From Marsupella aquatica (taxonomy: Eukaryota > Plantae > Marchantiophyta), in the NCBI GenBank assembly GCA_973895155.1, contig OZ316898.1:4216480-4280479 (forward strand): a stretch of 64,000 nucleotides of DNA. The letters run 5' to 3'. Position numbers and translations under genes: made by a program. Numbering within the stretch: the first letter of the stretch is position 1; each line of letters begins with the position of its first letter. The notes under the pieces were generated by a model that searched no databases, was not told where the DNA came from, and was given only the letters and a program-made list of their open reading frames with translations. Positions 13,398 through 26,548 of the stretch are shown piece by piece.

Positions 13398-16295
13398 CTA
13401 GCCGTTTCTAGCCGATCCGCCTCTTGTGTCTCCTCCGGAATTGAAGCTAAAAATGTTGACTCTATGGCAAAGCAATCCTCAGTCTCTTCTTCTCCTTCCT
13501 CCAGGTTACTCTCCATAGGTTCGTGCCATAGTCCGCTGGGGGGTACCTCCGATCCAAACACACTTTCTTTGGTTAGGTCAGTGAGGCATTCTAACCAATG
13601 TACTTCATCGGCTGACTCGAGTCCACTACTCGTACCCATCTACTTCCCTGATGCATTTCCTACAGTCATCCTTAGTGTCCCAGGACACCGTGATAGAGGG
13701 GGTCCCAAAAGTGAACTCCTTCTTACCCCAATCTTCTATTACCTTGGCTATGTACAGCCATGGCCTGCCAATTAATAGTCGGAACGACGTAGGATTTACT
13801 GGCTTCATTACTACATAGTTAATGCTAAAGAAGATACCTCCTATCTCAGTCTTGATGCCAGTTAACACCCCCGTGAGAATGACCTGATACCCATTGGCCA
13901 TGTTTAACACTCTTCCAGTCATCTCCGACGTTAGACCCCATCCTTTTGCTGTTGAATCAATCATAATACATACCTCGGATCCTCCATCAATGGGTACCCG
14001 CAATAATATTTCTCCTTGAATCATTAATGGTAATGTTGGGGCTCCTTGATCTTCTTCTATCATCAGCACATCGGATCTGGTTGCTACCTTGGGTAATCTC
14101 GGTTTGCCGAGAATCGCCTTCCTTAACTGCTTCCGGAAGTACGGGCTATTTTTCAATAGTTGACCTACGGTTGCCGAGACTCTAGATTCTAGCACATCTT
14201 TAGCCAAGTCATAGGGAACTATCGGCTTCTCTTCTGGCGGTGTCTTCATCTTGGCTTCGGCCTGTTTCTTCACGCTGGTTTCCACAGCCGTTGGATCCTC
14301 CGAAGCAAACAGTGATTTTGCTCGTTCCACATCCTTGGCTATGGCTTTGGTATTCTCCAGGGTTTATAATTCTCGCAATTGTTCCTTAACACTAGCCGTA
14401 ATAGCGGGGTAGAACAACTTAGGGTGATCTCGATTGAAATCGCTGTCCTGTGAAGGATTGGGGTCACTGGTGAGCTCATGGCTTACCTGTGTTGCCGGCG
14501 CCTTTCCTTCTCCTTCCGTCGACATTGACGAAGAGTTGATTCTTTCTTCCTTATCTTTCCCTTTATTTTTGGCCAGCCCCTCCCACCTTTCCTTCCTTCT
14601 GGTAGAGCGAGTAGAGACCCGGTAGCAATCATGATCCAAATCCTCCTCTGAGAAGGTTGATAGGGCCTCGGCCTCATCATCAGATGGTCCGAACTCTGCT
14701 TCGGCATCCGTTTGCCATCCGAGTTCGATGTGGTTGATTTGAACTCCTCCGAGGGTAGTACCTGGTGGTAAAACTTTTACTGGCAAGAGCTTATGATTTG
14801 TGGCCAGGCCTGCCAACTAAGTAGGACATTGTCCTAGCATGTGACCCTCCTGTCGGCATCCCATACATAGCTGAGCTGGTTGTCCATCACCTTGTTTGCG
14901 TGCATTCGGGCATTCTCTAGCAAAATGACCAGGTTGACCACAATTATAGCATGCCACAAATCTTTGCACATTCGGCCTAGGAGGTACTGACGGATTTTGA
15001 ATAATCCGAGGATACATCTCTCCCGCATTGTTCCTTAATCCTGACCAGAGAGATGCAGGTCTGTTGGATAAGTCTCGTGCTCCAGTCTCACTGATGCCAA
15101 AAACACTATCAGCGGCATCCCCTAAAAAGTACTCTACTTCTCCCTGACATGGTCTAGCCTCAGCCACATGCCGAACATGACTAGTATTAAGTTTAGGACA
15201 CGCATCCTTATGGTGTCCGGTTTTATAACATAAGGCACACCATACAGAGCTATCCTCCTGTACTACCTTCTTCTTTGGTTTTACCTCTGCTATTATAGCC
15301 TTAAGCTGCTCGGTAAGGGCTACGATGTTATCTGGTGTTTTAGCCTCCAGTTTGACTTTCAACTTCCCCCTCCTTCTGCCCTTCTTTTTCCTAGTTTTTT
15401 CTTCTTCTGAACTAGAAGATGACTCACTCTTGCTACTTCCACTATCCGAGCTTGAGTTATCACTTCTCGACTTCTTAGAATGTTTCTTTTTCTTATCTTT
15501 TTTCTTATGGGGTGATCCTTCCTCCGATGAGGAACTCTCAAACTTAAGCTGTTTCTTCCGGCTTGTGATATCTGCATTAATATATAATTGAATATCCTTA
15601 ATTGCCTCGGCTAAAGTCTCTGGGTTCTCCTTCCTAATTGCAAAACTCATCTTTTGTGGCAAAGCATTTACTAACCATTGAAGTTGCATACCTTCAGATG
15701 CATTGGTCTTTGTACGTCTTACCAACTTTTGGAAGCGTTGCAAGAACTTCCTGAAGGATTTGTTCTCCTTGAACCGAAGTCGTCCCAACTTCAGCACTGC
15801 TAACTTTGAAGTTCCAATGGGTCAAAACTCCTTGACAAATAGTGATCTGAAAGTATTCCATATGGCTTGATCTTCCACATCCAAGGCTCTGTACCAAGGC
15901 CTAGCCTCACCTTTGAACAGGCCGGGAAGGATTTGCATCTTGATGGCCGATTCTCCATTTGTTGCAGCACTTCCTTCGAAGTCATCCAACCATTCGTCCG
16001 GATCCTCATCTCCTCTACCATGAAAGGCCTTGTAATGAATGCGTGACTGTTGGCTCAGTCTGGTCCCTGGCCTCTCGTCTGGCCGTGCCTCTGGTTCCCC
16101 CATGTCGGTTGGAGACTCACTTCTCCTTACCGACTCTTCTTCTGGTATGTCTTCTTCGATGCCACTTTCAGTTACAAAGCGACTAGCTCTTTCTGCCCCT
16201 CTCAGTCGCTGTGTATCATGCCACCCGGTGAGCTGCTGCAGACGAGCTCTCTCCCGTTGAATCGCTCTTTCCTCCCTCGGCGTAGGTTTAGTCAT
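13304..16295 (-). pseudogene. gag: Gypsy gag-protease, disrupted
   Basis: Fragments match the intact 34347-37340 ORF; three CCHC knuckles; VPIDGGS. Confidence 0.92.
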
Positions 16296-16364
16296 TACCT
16301 ACGCTTCCTTCCTAACTTCATATCTCACGACTTAAGAAATGCCCCCTCCATCTAGCGCCAAAAA

Positions 16365-19300
16365 TGTGTGCGTCCCATGGCTCCCCAAACCCAAGAAACC
16401 CCCCCGCACAAGCCGATTCCCGCAGGTTTTGTGCTCGGCGAGGCCGTTTCCGTGGCTTAGCGGCATGGGACATTGCTAACTTCCTTCTACTACTACTATT
16501 AACATTTTACACACATATACTGGACAGATCCTTCATCGGGTCATGAGATACGTAGCCGGCCTAATCTAGGCCTTCTCTTGTCTTTCCCTCTTGTTGGTTG
16601 GGTATATTTGGATTCCGCCGCCGGAATGATCCCCAATTGGCTTGGTTAAGCTGCTAAGACCTCTCTCAGCTCGACACATCCAACTCTCACTCCCTTGCTT
16701 ACTTCCCTTCTACTTGTTGGTGTGGGCACTCTTCACACAAGTTAATGCGACACACAAATAGCAAAATGACTCCTTCTGACTGAGTTATACCATGCACTTG
16801 TAATACAAATAGTACATCTCATACACAAGCTCTGCGAACTAAGCCGTGAGGCCAACTCTATTCAGCTCTTAGGCATGAGGAAACATGAATATACACAAGA
16901 GTCACTGTATAACTAACCGAGAGCTTCTCTTACTACTTGATCCCAGCCCTGCTGGTGCAACTAAAAACTTGCTAAAGAAGAGGCCCTGAACTCCCCACAG
17001 CCCAGGTACTTATCCTGGTTGTGGATCCGCCTGATTCCTTGCAGCGTAAGCCTAATCTACTATAATCTACCTAACTGTAGTCTACCTATGTACAGCGAGG
17101 GAGGAGCACAAGTGTCGCCCTCATCCGTGGATCTGAAATCCCACTAATCTAAGTGTCAGGGCCGTCTCCTAGTCCTGATCCTAAGTCTAAACTTGGAGAT
17201 CAGCACCCGCCCTGTCCACTCACGCCTCCTACCTCCACGTCCGCCCTCCCTAAAAGGGACGACGCCCTTACACCGTCACGACACCGGTGGCTGGTCCTCA
17301 ATGGATGCCCCCAATGCTTCCTCCGCAGCCACTGCCGTTGGTCCGTCTTCTGACAGATTACCTGCCCCTGACCGAGTCAACTCTTCATCGGCCTGACTGG
17401 GTCCACCCTCGGCTTTGGCCTCAGCATCGGTCACGGCCTCTGATACGGCTACGGCCTCCCCGGCATGTTCTAGTGGAGGATCCGGTACCTCGGCAGCATT
17501 ATTGGTTCTCCCAACCTCGGCCTTGCCATCTCCACTTCCTAGGATTGGTGGATTCACCGCCGTGCCGATACCGGAGGTTGGTGCCGGGTTTATCTTCTCG
17601 GTCATAACGGCTTGAGAAGCCGTATAACTCCCAGACCTAGAAGGCTTTCGCTTCTTCTTCTTCCCTATTTCGACAGCCGGTTCCTTCCCCTTGCCACTTA
17701 CCTCCGGCACCGGGGTGAGTGTTATGGCTTGTCCTTCGGCCAATACTACCCCTGGTAACTGGGTTCCCCCAATTGGAGTTGGACCTGATGAAGCCAAGCA
17801 TTTAAATACTGTGGCTTGTGTCTTCAGCCGCTCCGTTTGGTTGTCGGCCCGCCGCTGTAGGTTCTCCATCTTCCTTGTGATTTCCTCCAACTCCTCCTGG
17901 GTCTCGTCCAGGTCCTTGCGCGCCTCCTCCAACTCCTTATTGGCTTCCTCCAATTCTTTCTTTAAGGTAGCCCTCTCCTCCTGGGTTGCTCTTAGCTCCT
18001 TGTCAAGCTCCACTACGACCACAGACTCCATCTTATTCATCTTGGCATAAGTCTGGTCGAGCTGGTCATCCTTTTCATGCAGGTCGGCCTTGAAGCTGGC
18101 CGTCAGGGATGCAAGCTCTTGCTACAGCGCAATAATCCCTTGATAGGATTTCCCTAACTCTGCTTCCTTCTGCTCAAGGGCTCCACGGATATCTTCGAGC
18201 TCTCCTTTCAACGCCCTCTCCCTTCTCTGAGTCTCCGCCATGGTCCGGTTGTTGGCGGTTAAATGGGCCTCCTCTGCGTCCCTTAGCTCCCGCTTCCATT
18301 TCTCTCTTTTTTTGACTGCGCCGACCAACTCTCCTTGGGTCCGAGTCAGTTTATCTTTGATAATCTGACTGTCACACTTAGCGGTATCCAACTGCCCCTG
18401 CATGATGTTTAGCTCATGCCGTTTAATCCGCAACTCATCTTGGGCTTTCTTGGCCGCCTGCAGGACTTCCACCTCGGCTTCCTTCTCCCTAAGCCACCGG
18501 ATGACCTCGTCCTTCTTGCTTCTCTCCAAAGTCACCGCTTCTTCTAATCGGTGCTTTTCCATCATCTCCCTCTGGAAAAAGGGTCCGTGCTCCAACTCCT
18601 CCCCAAAGATGTTGAGCGCCAGGTCCCCACACATCTCCCCGTACTCCATGGCTCTATCCTTAGCATAGGTGGAGTAACCTAGAAGTCATTGGCATCAACC
18701 ACCGTGGCCTCTGCTCCCAAGCCGTCTTGCGGATTTCTTCTACGATGGCAAGAGGATTGCTTCTTTTTTCGGTAAGCTGCCTGATGTCCTCCGGCCAATC
18801 TCCTCCTAGTAAATCCTTCTCCCTAGCTAGGGCTGCTCTCTCTTCCTCCCTAAGTCGCTCCTGAAATTCTTGTGCCGTCTGCTTTATGCCGTCAAAGCTC
18901 GGGGGAGCAACCTCTGGTGGGGGAGACTCGGGGTTACTCTGCTGGGTGGGGTCCCCTCGAACTACTCTTGGAAGTGTGGGGATAAATCGGTCACAGGTCC
19001 TTACTCCTGGAACATGATGATCCGACCCATAGCCGGAGTTATCATTGCTGTAGTCCTCCACCGCCTCCTCCACTACTTGGACTCCCGGCTCCTCTGCCTC
19101 TGATTCGGGGCTTGAGGCTCCCACGTACATTCGCACTCCCGGCTTGTGTTCCGGCCTCAATCTCTCCTTGGTTCCGGTAAAGGGGTCTTCCCTTCTGAGT
19201 CGGCTTAGGCCGACCTCTGGGGCAGCGTCCTGTGCCGTTGCTGTTGTTGGAACCGTTCTTTTTTCCTTCTCCAGCAATTTCAGCAGATTTTGCATGCCTG

Positions 19301-20974
19301 GTTGCTGCATCGGCAAGTCTTCTTTCCTTGGCCTAAACACCTGCTCGATCATCAGACTGTCGGGCTGGTTGGGCTTCTCTGGTGCTGGCCTCTGCTCTGG
19401 GACCTCCTCCGGTGCCCTTGCCGATAGGGGAAGTACTAGGGCAAAGATTTGACTTTTGGCATACCGGCACAACAGTGGCATGTGATAGCCAAGCCGGGAC
19501 ACGCTTCCCACGCCGATCACCTGCTGTTCCTCCTTCAAGATCTTCTTCAGTTGGTTGAGGAGGTACCCGTTGTAATCCCGGCTTGGGCCTGGCCTTTCTG
19601 CCAGGTAGACCTGAGCCTTGCCGATCTCTGCCCTCGGCAAGTTACAGTGCATGATCACCCGCAAGAAATCGATCATCTCTCCGATGTGCGGGTTGGTGCA
19701 GGTGTTCCGGAAGAAGCCATTCTTCGTTGATGGTCCTGGGAACGACCGGAACTCCTTGTCAGGTAAGGTCTTCCTGGTATCAACCTTGGTCTTATTACCC
19801 ATTGGCAAGCCAAACACCTCAGCAATCACTCGGGGAGTGAGATAGAAATCCTTCCCATACACCCTCGTGGAATTGGTCTCGGGTTCCCATGATCCCACGA
19901 ACTCTAATAAGTCTGAGTCCGGCACCTCCGGCTTCAGCCATGGTAATCTTACGAAGGCTTCCAAGCCGGATCCGGCCATGAAGCCTTGATACTTCTTGGT
20001 CTGCATGGCCATAAAGCATGCATCCTCCTCCCGTGCAAAGTGTAATTGCACTTCCTCCGGTAGGGTCGCCGCCCAGCCTTTCCAGGTGTCATTGTTTGTT
20101 GGAATGGCATTGATGGGATCAACCTCTTCCTCTTCGGCTTCTCCCTGCCTCCTGCCCTGCTGCTCTGCTGGCTTCCTTGGTTCCCCCGACCTCGTTCTTT
20201 TTGCCGGGGTGGCCTCTTCATTGATGATTCCTTTCCTCTTCATCTCGGCTGCCATGGATGTTTCTCCTAGCAAGGTTGCCTTCGTCCACCCCTCTGTGTT
20301 ACCCTTCAACTCCCAGTGTAGGTCGTTGCAGCGATTGATGGCTTCTCGGATGCCGACGATTTTGTTTTTGCAAAACAGAAGGTCGTCGAGCTGATTGGGA
20401 GTAGGAGTCCACAAGAACTCGGCCTTGATAAGTTCTCCTCCTAAGAAAGCCGTCTTCTGCAGTTCCCAGAGCCGAGCTAGCTCCTGCCGTTCTCGAGTTG
20501 CTCTCTCTGATTCTTTGTCTTCGTAAGTCCTGACGTACTCACCTGCCCGTTCGAACAGGCATCCACAAAAATGTGCCGCTTGATTGACGTTGCTCATACC
20601 CTCCTTGAGTCGATCGTTGGTATCTGTTCCCACCCCGAGCGCTTGCCTAAGCAGCTGACAACATTTGGCCTCCAGTAGTCGTTTGCCCAGTTTGTTCTTG
20701 CAAATGAGCCGCTATACCTCATGAGCGGTCCTTACCCCTCTCCTCCTATGGTCTTCCCACCCGTTGGTCACCCCTAGCCGCCGACGCTTAGCACGCCCTA
20801 ACCCTAATCGTATTCTCTCCCTTGGGGTCCTTACTTCCGGCCTCGGCCCGGGTTCCATAGTCACCCTTAATTGTTTATATTTTCCTTGTCTTGTTACTAT
20901 ACTAAGGTGTTTCCAGGGTACACTCCTGCTTTTACCATGTAAACCGGCCTAGTGATTCCTGGCTAGGCATCACA
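16365..20974 (-). repeat. Giant LTR (4610 bp) of A2
   Basis: TG..CA ends matching the A1 LTR ends; PBS 4 nt inside. Confidence 0.92.
17276..20858 (-). pseudogene. LTR-encoded ORF of A2 (~1190 codons), disrupted
   Basis: 657+175+254 aa pieces homologous to 27470-31109; core domain plus coiled coil. Confidence 0.85.
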
Positions 20975-23419
20975 CCTGTAGACCCAGATGAGCTAAGGAG
21001 GATGTAGCCCTCCTTGAGAGCTTTCCAACGCACCCAAGAAGTCCCCCAATGGACTTCTTGTTGGGAAGTTATCGTCATTTCCGTTTGACATTTTCCCTTA
21101 GTGTCGTGACCACCGCGGCTCACGACTTCGGCTCACCCTTAGCCCCCAAGGAGACACCACTCCCCTCATACATGCTTTTGAAGACCTGCCACCCCAAGAC
21201 CAACTATGGTCCCAAATTTTTGGCCCCGCACCTGGACCCCAACCCGCATGTCTGGGCGCGCCACCAATTGGCAATGCCCATAACTTTCTAGTTAGACGTC
21301 CGCAAGCGGAGTGCCTTAGCCCGTTGTGATCAGGCCAACCCAGTGCTCATGCCTAGACCCTCAAATCCCATCGTTGCTTGGGACCCCCGATCGGCCAAAC
21401 CCGGATCGGGCTATAACTCGTGCCCCAAGCGTCTATTGCCCATCATGGCGTAAACTCCATTGGCCTTGGGCCCCAAGAGGAGCTCTCACTCAAGCCCTAA
21501 GAACTCAAAGTCTGTCCTGGGGTCTGGACGATCAACCTTGAGCCCGACCCTTTTCCCCTTGACCTGACCAACCCTCGGCTAGTCTAAGTCGTTAGTGTGT
21601 GCCACCAGCTTAGCGCATTGCCTTTGCCAGTGTCACACCCCATTGCCCACAAGTCTCCCCATGCTAAGTCCTCCCCGAATGGCTTATCCGGGCCTGGACC
21701 ATAGGGGAGCTCGACGTCGGAGTCAACGACGCTGGAGCTAAGTGTTAAGGTAGTTCCACGATTGAGGGAGTCAGGGATCAATGGACCCCCCACATACGCC
21801 ACTATGTACATTCTCAAGAATCAGTTTGGAACAATGAATTCTAACACAAAATCTTGTCTATGTTGTTTTGCAAAAATGCAATGCTCACAAAAATCTAATT
21901 TGCAGGACTACAAATCAAAATTAGTCCATTCTTTTGCGAGATAGCCAAAATTTTCTCATTTATGTGGCCTAGCCGTGAATGCCATAGTCCCAACCACAAT
22001 TGAGTCATCTCGTCGTGAGACTTGATTACATTGGCTTTTCCACACACTATATTGCTATTGCCCTACAACACATAAAATTCTTTTGTCTACTCCCCTTTAA
22101 AATCACCATCTTTCCCAACATGACTTGATGTTCCCCATCAATTAATTAATTATTGTGTTTGCAAACCAGGACAGGCTGTGGCTCACTTTTTGGAAGGAGG
22201 GACACGTATAGAGGGAATGAGAGGGGGTCAACATGTGCATACACACACAACACTCTGGCTTGAAAATATGCTGATTTCCACACCTTGCCACTTGTCAATT
22301 CCAAGAAGGAAAGTGACAGCCCCAACATGAAAAAGTTGCAGAAATTCTCCCGTGTTGTCGGCACGTCCAACAGCACAAAAGTTTTGTTGCATCTCCCTCT
22401 CTTTACATCAAGTGTCAATTTTGGACTCAAAATGACAACTTTACCTCAATCTCTCTGCTGAGTCCTAGCACTTCGCATTTCCTCCTCTGAGACAATTTAT
22501 GTGACAAAGAGAAACCCAAGTCAATCAAAACCAAAGTCCATAGCTTGTTCAAAAACCAGAACACAGCTTTTGCTCGTCCCGTTGCACTCGTTATGCAAAT
22601 GTCAGCAAACTAGGTTAGTACCAAAACAACCCCCAAAAATGACCACCTCATCTTTGTAAACGCATGGAGCTATAGCATGCAATGGCTCCTTTGCCATAGA
22701 GCTCACACCATAAAGAAAAGTGTACTCTGGTCCCTCCTTCAAAACACTTTGAACACGAAACTTCACATGATAATCCTAGAACAATAAGAACTTTAATTCA
22801 TTTGTACCACCGAGAGCAAATAATGATTTTTATGCATTGTTAAAAAGACCTTTCTACCAATATATCCACTTAGCCCATAACCTCCAAGTTCCATGCGACA
22901 AAACTTTGGAAAAATCCAATGAGACTTAACGCTGGAAAACCATCACAAGAAAATCAATCATGACCTCATAGGCATACTCTAATACCAGTTATTGAGCAAA
23001 GCCAACATTCACAATGGCAAGCTGCCCATGATCACCCAAAAAATAAATAGTTGGCAAAGAATTATATGTGGTTCACCTCAGCTGGGGCTACATCCATGGG
23101 GACACACAAGAGCTTTACTACACTCTAGGCCCGTCGGCCATGCCGGGCCTCATAGTAAAGTTCTCCCTATCTCTCAATTCATTTGGCTCTGTAATAACGA
23201 GCCTGAGTTCTTTCTATCCAAGCAAACACCCTTTTGGATATAGTGTGCAACATGACAAACCAAACCAAGTCCGCGACTAAGGTTAGCTTCTATGATTGCA
23301 GTAATAAGGTCCCTAGACTTAAGAATAAATGTCTAACAATAGGACCCCAAAATTGTAAGTTGTCCAGGCATGGCATTTCAAACATTGAATTATTTGACCA
23401 ATGGAATTTGATGAATAAC

Positions 23420-23441
23420 ATCACTATATGCATTAAAACTG
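23420..23441 (+). repeat. Left terminal inverted repeat
   Basis: ATCACTATATGCATTAAAACTG; reverse complement of 51804-51825 at 21/22. Confidence 0.88.
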
Positions 23442-24011
23442 AAATTATAAAGGATATAGGGAAATTTGGCGATTTAAAAACATAGTTTTAGGCATGAAAA
23501 TTGTAAATTTGGAAGATGAAAAATTAAAATTCAAGCATCATTAAATGTAAATTTGGGGACAAAAAAATGAAATTTTGGGAAAGTAAAATATTAAATTGGA
23601 TGATATTAAAAAACATTTGGGTGATAAAAGTGTTCATTTGGTTGGAAAATAGATAGAATCTAGTAATAACATATAAGCTTGGATAGCATCTATATTCAAA
23701 ACATTTAGCTTGAGTAAGATATCTAACTAAGCACCAATACAATGGAATGACTATAGTGTCTAGACAAAGTTAACTAGGATGATATCCAACCTACTAGAAG
23801 GAATGAAATGGCATCATTTTCTAGAATTAAAATATACTAAGACAAATAAAATAATAATTATAAGAAAGTCCATTCAATAGCTTTGAGAGATCATAGAGTA
23901 TTAATTTGATTGTCTTGTTCTCTCACTTTAGACCAACGCATGGAAATCAACTCGACCCTCTTAATCACAAGTCATTTGAGTGGAGACTTGTAACCTACGA
24001 GTTCTATCAAT

Positions 24012-26548
24012 CTACTCATCAATTATACCTTCCATGTAAATTTTGAGAGTTTTCAAAACATTCTTAGGAATTGTCAAACCTCTATCCATAATATTTTGTT
24101 CTTTAGCACCTGACTTAAACCCATACATTGCAGAATTTGCAAACTGCCAACTTTGAGTAACATTGTCAAACCCAGGATCCAGCTCCCAAGTCTTAGTGGT
24201 TTGAAAGCAACGTTCATATCGAACATCATCCTTTGCATCATGCTTACCATGTTTAGGCCTCCACCATTGTACTTGGAACATAGGAGCATTCCTAAGAGGA
24301 ATGCTCTCAACAGACGTTGAAGAAGACCCTTCAATATGTTGCAAATCTGTTGAGGGAACCTCATGGTTTGGATCCACACCACCCAAAGCTCGAACCAACC
24401 AGAAACACCCTTTGCCATTTTCTTGTTCCCATTCATCCTCTGGATGTAAAAATACAAAGGGACCTTCTTGAATATCTTGTAGAGGAATCCAACGTGCAGG
24501 TTCTCGCTCTTGTCGTGCACCAACAAAGGGTGCAGCTTGATCTTCCATCTCTTCCATGTACTCATTTTGAAGGTCCATCATCTCTGGATTTTGAGAAGGT
24601 TCACTTGACGGCGGAGATGTCCCCAAAATCATCTTGTAACCTGTGCCATGGTTAGTCTTTGGCCAAAAATCAGTTGTCAATGGCAAATGTCTTTCCCCCT
24701 CCCCTTCTATTGTAAGTTCCTCGGACAGTGCTTGCACAAGATTCTCCCAATATTTGACCAGAGGAAATCTCTCTTTATATGCTGCAGAGGTCTCATCCTT
24801 ACAACTTTTCTTCAAGAAATCAATATAGCGATTAAGGAATGGGATGATTTCTCCAGCCTTCTTTTGTACATCCCCAGATATAGGTTTTGCAAATGGTTGG
24901 CCTTCCGGTAAAATGAGCGCATTTGTGATGGGATCAGTTCTCCAAATGGACCTCCCCATTGCCGGAAGCCAAGGTTGCTTGACATGTGCTTTATATTGAT
25001 ACACTGGCACATTATCCCTCATGGAGAAAAGAAATGCCACTGGTTTTGAGTGACCTTCTATCTCTTTCACCTGGAAAGTTTTCAAATACTCCTTGTAAGA
25101 TGCAACCTCTTGAATCAATCATGGTACAGGATGAATGCTTTCACACTCCCAAACCTCAGCCATCAACCCCAAGAGGGTAGCAACCTCTTTGTATCTGACC
25201 TATTTGGATACTTGAGAAAATAATGCATCCACATCTTCATGGGTGTGGCCAACCATGAGGAATGACATTTGCACAGTTTCAAACACCCCCTGCTAACAAG
25301 CTCAGTGCAAAATGCCATCACATATTGATTTTTGTTATCTTTCCCTGAATTGTCCATCTGCAACGTTAGGTGCCTTGGTAAGGGCTTGAAAGAGCCCCTA
25401 GTAGTCTCAGGATCATCCTTAGAACCAACATCCACTGTGCTTGACTTTTTAGTCTCCTGACCATCTTCAATGCCTTGAAATCGAACAATTGAAACATTTT
25501 TGGGTTCCAAGTAAGCGGCCATAAATGCTTCAAAGTCTAGAAGGGACTGAAATATTGGCCTAGTTGCATTCCAATTCAATCCCTCAAGAAGGTCTCCAGT
25601 TTTGTCTCCTGTGTAATCTTCCAAATCTCGGAGGCATTTGGCCAAAGATGTCACGGTAAAGTCTGCATCTCCAGGCCAAAGTCCAGTCAAACTGAAATGT
25701 GTTAACATCTCAGTAAGAGCAATAGGCAAAGGCTGACCACTACCAGAGAGGGATTTTGGAGTGGGGACCAACCTGGGGATCCAAGTCTTGGCTTGATCCA
25801 TCTTATCGTGAATAATGCAAAGATAGTTTTGAGGATCCTTCTTTGCAAGAACCCTATGAGCATAGTAAACATATATTCTTGACATTTGTTCACGAAGATG
25901 TCGCGCTCTTTTCTCTTCAATCTCTGCACGCTCTTTTTTTCTCTTCTCCCGCATCAATTGATCTTTGAACTCAGTGCAAAATGTGCACTTGGCAAATGCA
26001 CTTCCCTTGTGAAAGTCAAAATTATCAAATGAGTTTTTCCAGATGTTGTACATAGTAACTTCAGTAACCTTAGCAAACCCATCTAATTCCATCTTAGTAA
26101 ACACCTCTTGGAAAATCTCCTTCTTAGTAAAACAAGATGGGAGCCGATATTCAATAGTGTCAGTGCCGTTGGACCCACCATAGGGAAGATGTGGCATTGG
26201 TTCCCCATTTTGGATTAAAATGGACTCCAACAAGGCGCGAGCGTGCAAAGTGCTTGATCGTGTCTTCCGTTGTCCCTGATTTCCATGGAAACCAATTATG
26301 CAACCAGCTTTGTATTGATTTTTGTAGTCATAGTACTTTGTTGTACTGAACCCATGCATTTTAATAAATGCATCTTTACAACCACACGTCCCTTTAGAAC
26401 AAAAAATCCCTTTCTCTTGACTTGCTCCTCTTTACACCCAAAGAGACTAAAGATGTGACTTGTTTTGTTGTCACTTGACATTCCATGGTATTCCCTCCTC
26501 ATTGCCTCTAAGTCCTCCCTAGGCATGTTCAAGCAACACTTCAGCTTG
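24012..26548 (-). pseudogene. Transposase, central and C-terminal part (DDD catalytic core), with frameshifts and stops
   Basis: CC..LKCC, (V)CKDAFIKMHGFS, FAKCTFC..H, IIHDKMDQ, LQMDNSGKDNKN, and after a frameshift at ~25290 FLMVGHTHEDVDALFS. Confidence 0.85.

Larger units (their letters stand above)
11599..20974 (-). mobile_element. Ty3/Gypsy family A, copy A2: 5' LTR plus gag-PR-RT-partial RH; integrase and 3' LTR deleted
   Basis: Colinear with 32649-42046; LTR 16365-20974; PBS 16342-16360. Confidence 0.93.

Noticed and set aside
20975-21794. Fragment of another LTR (ends ..CCCCCCACA)
   Set aside because: No second copy, TSD, PBS or coding motif to support it within the window
22150-23300. 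Possible LINE endonuclease relic on the minus strand
   Set aside because: Only faint, broken motif resemblance; cannot be supported by eye
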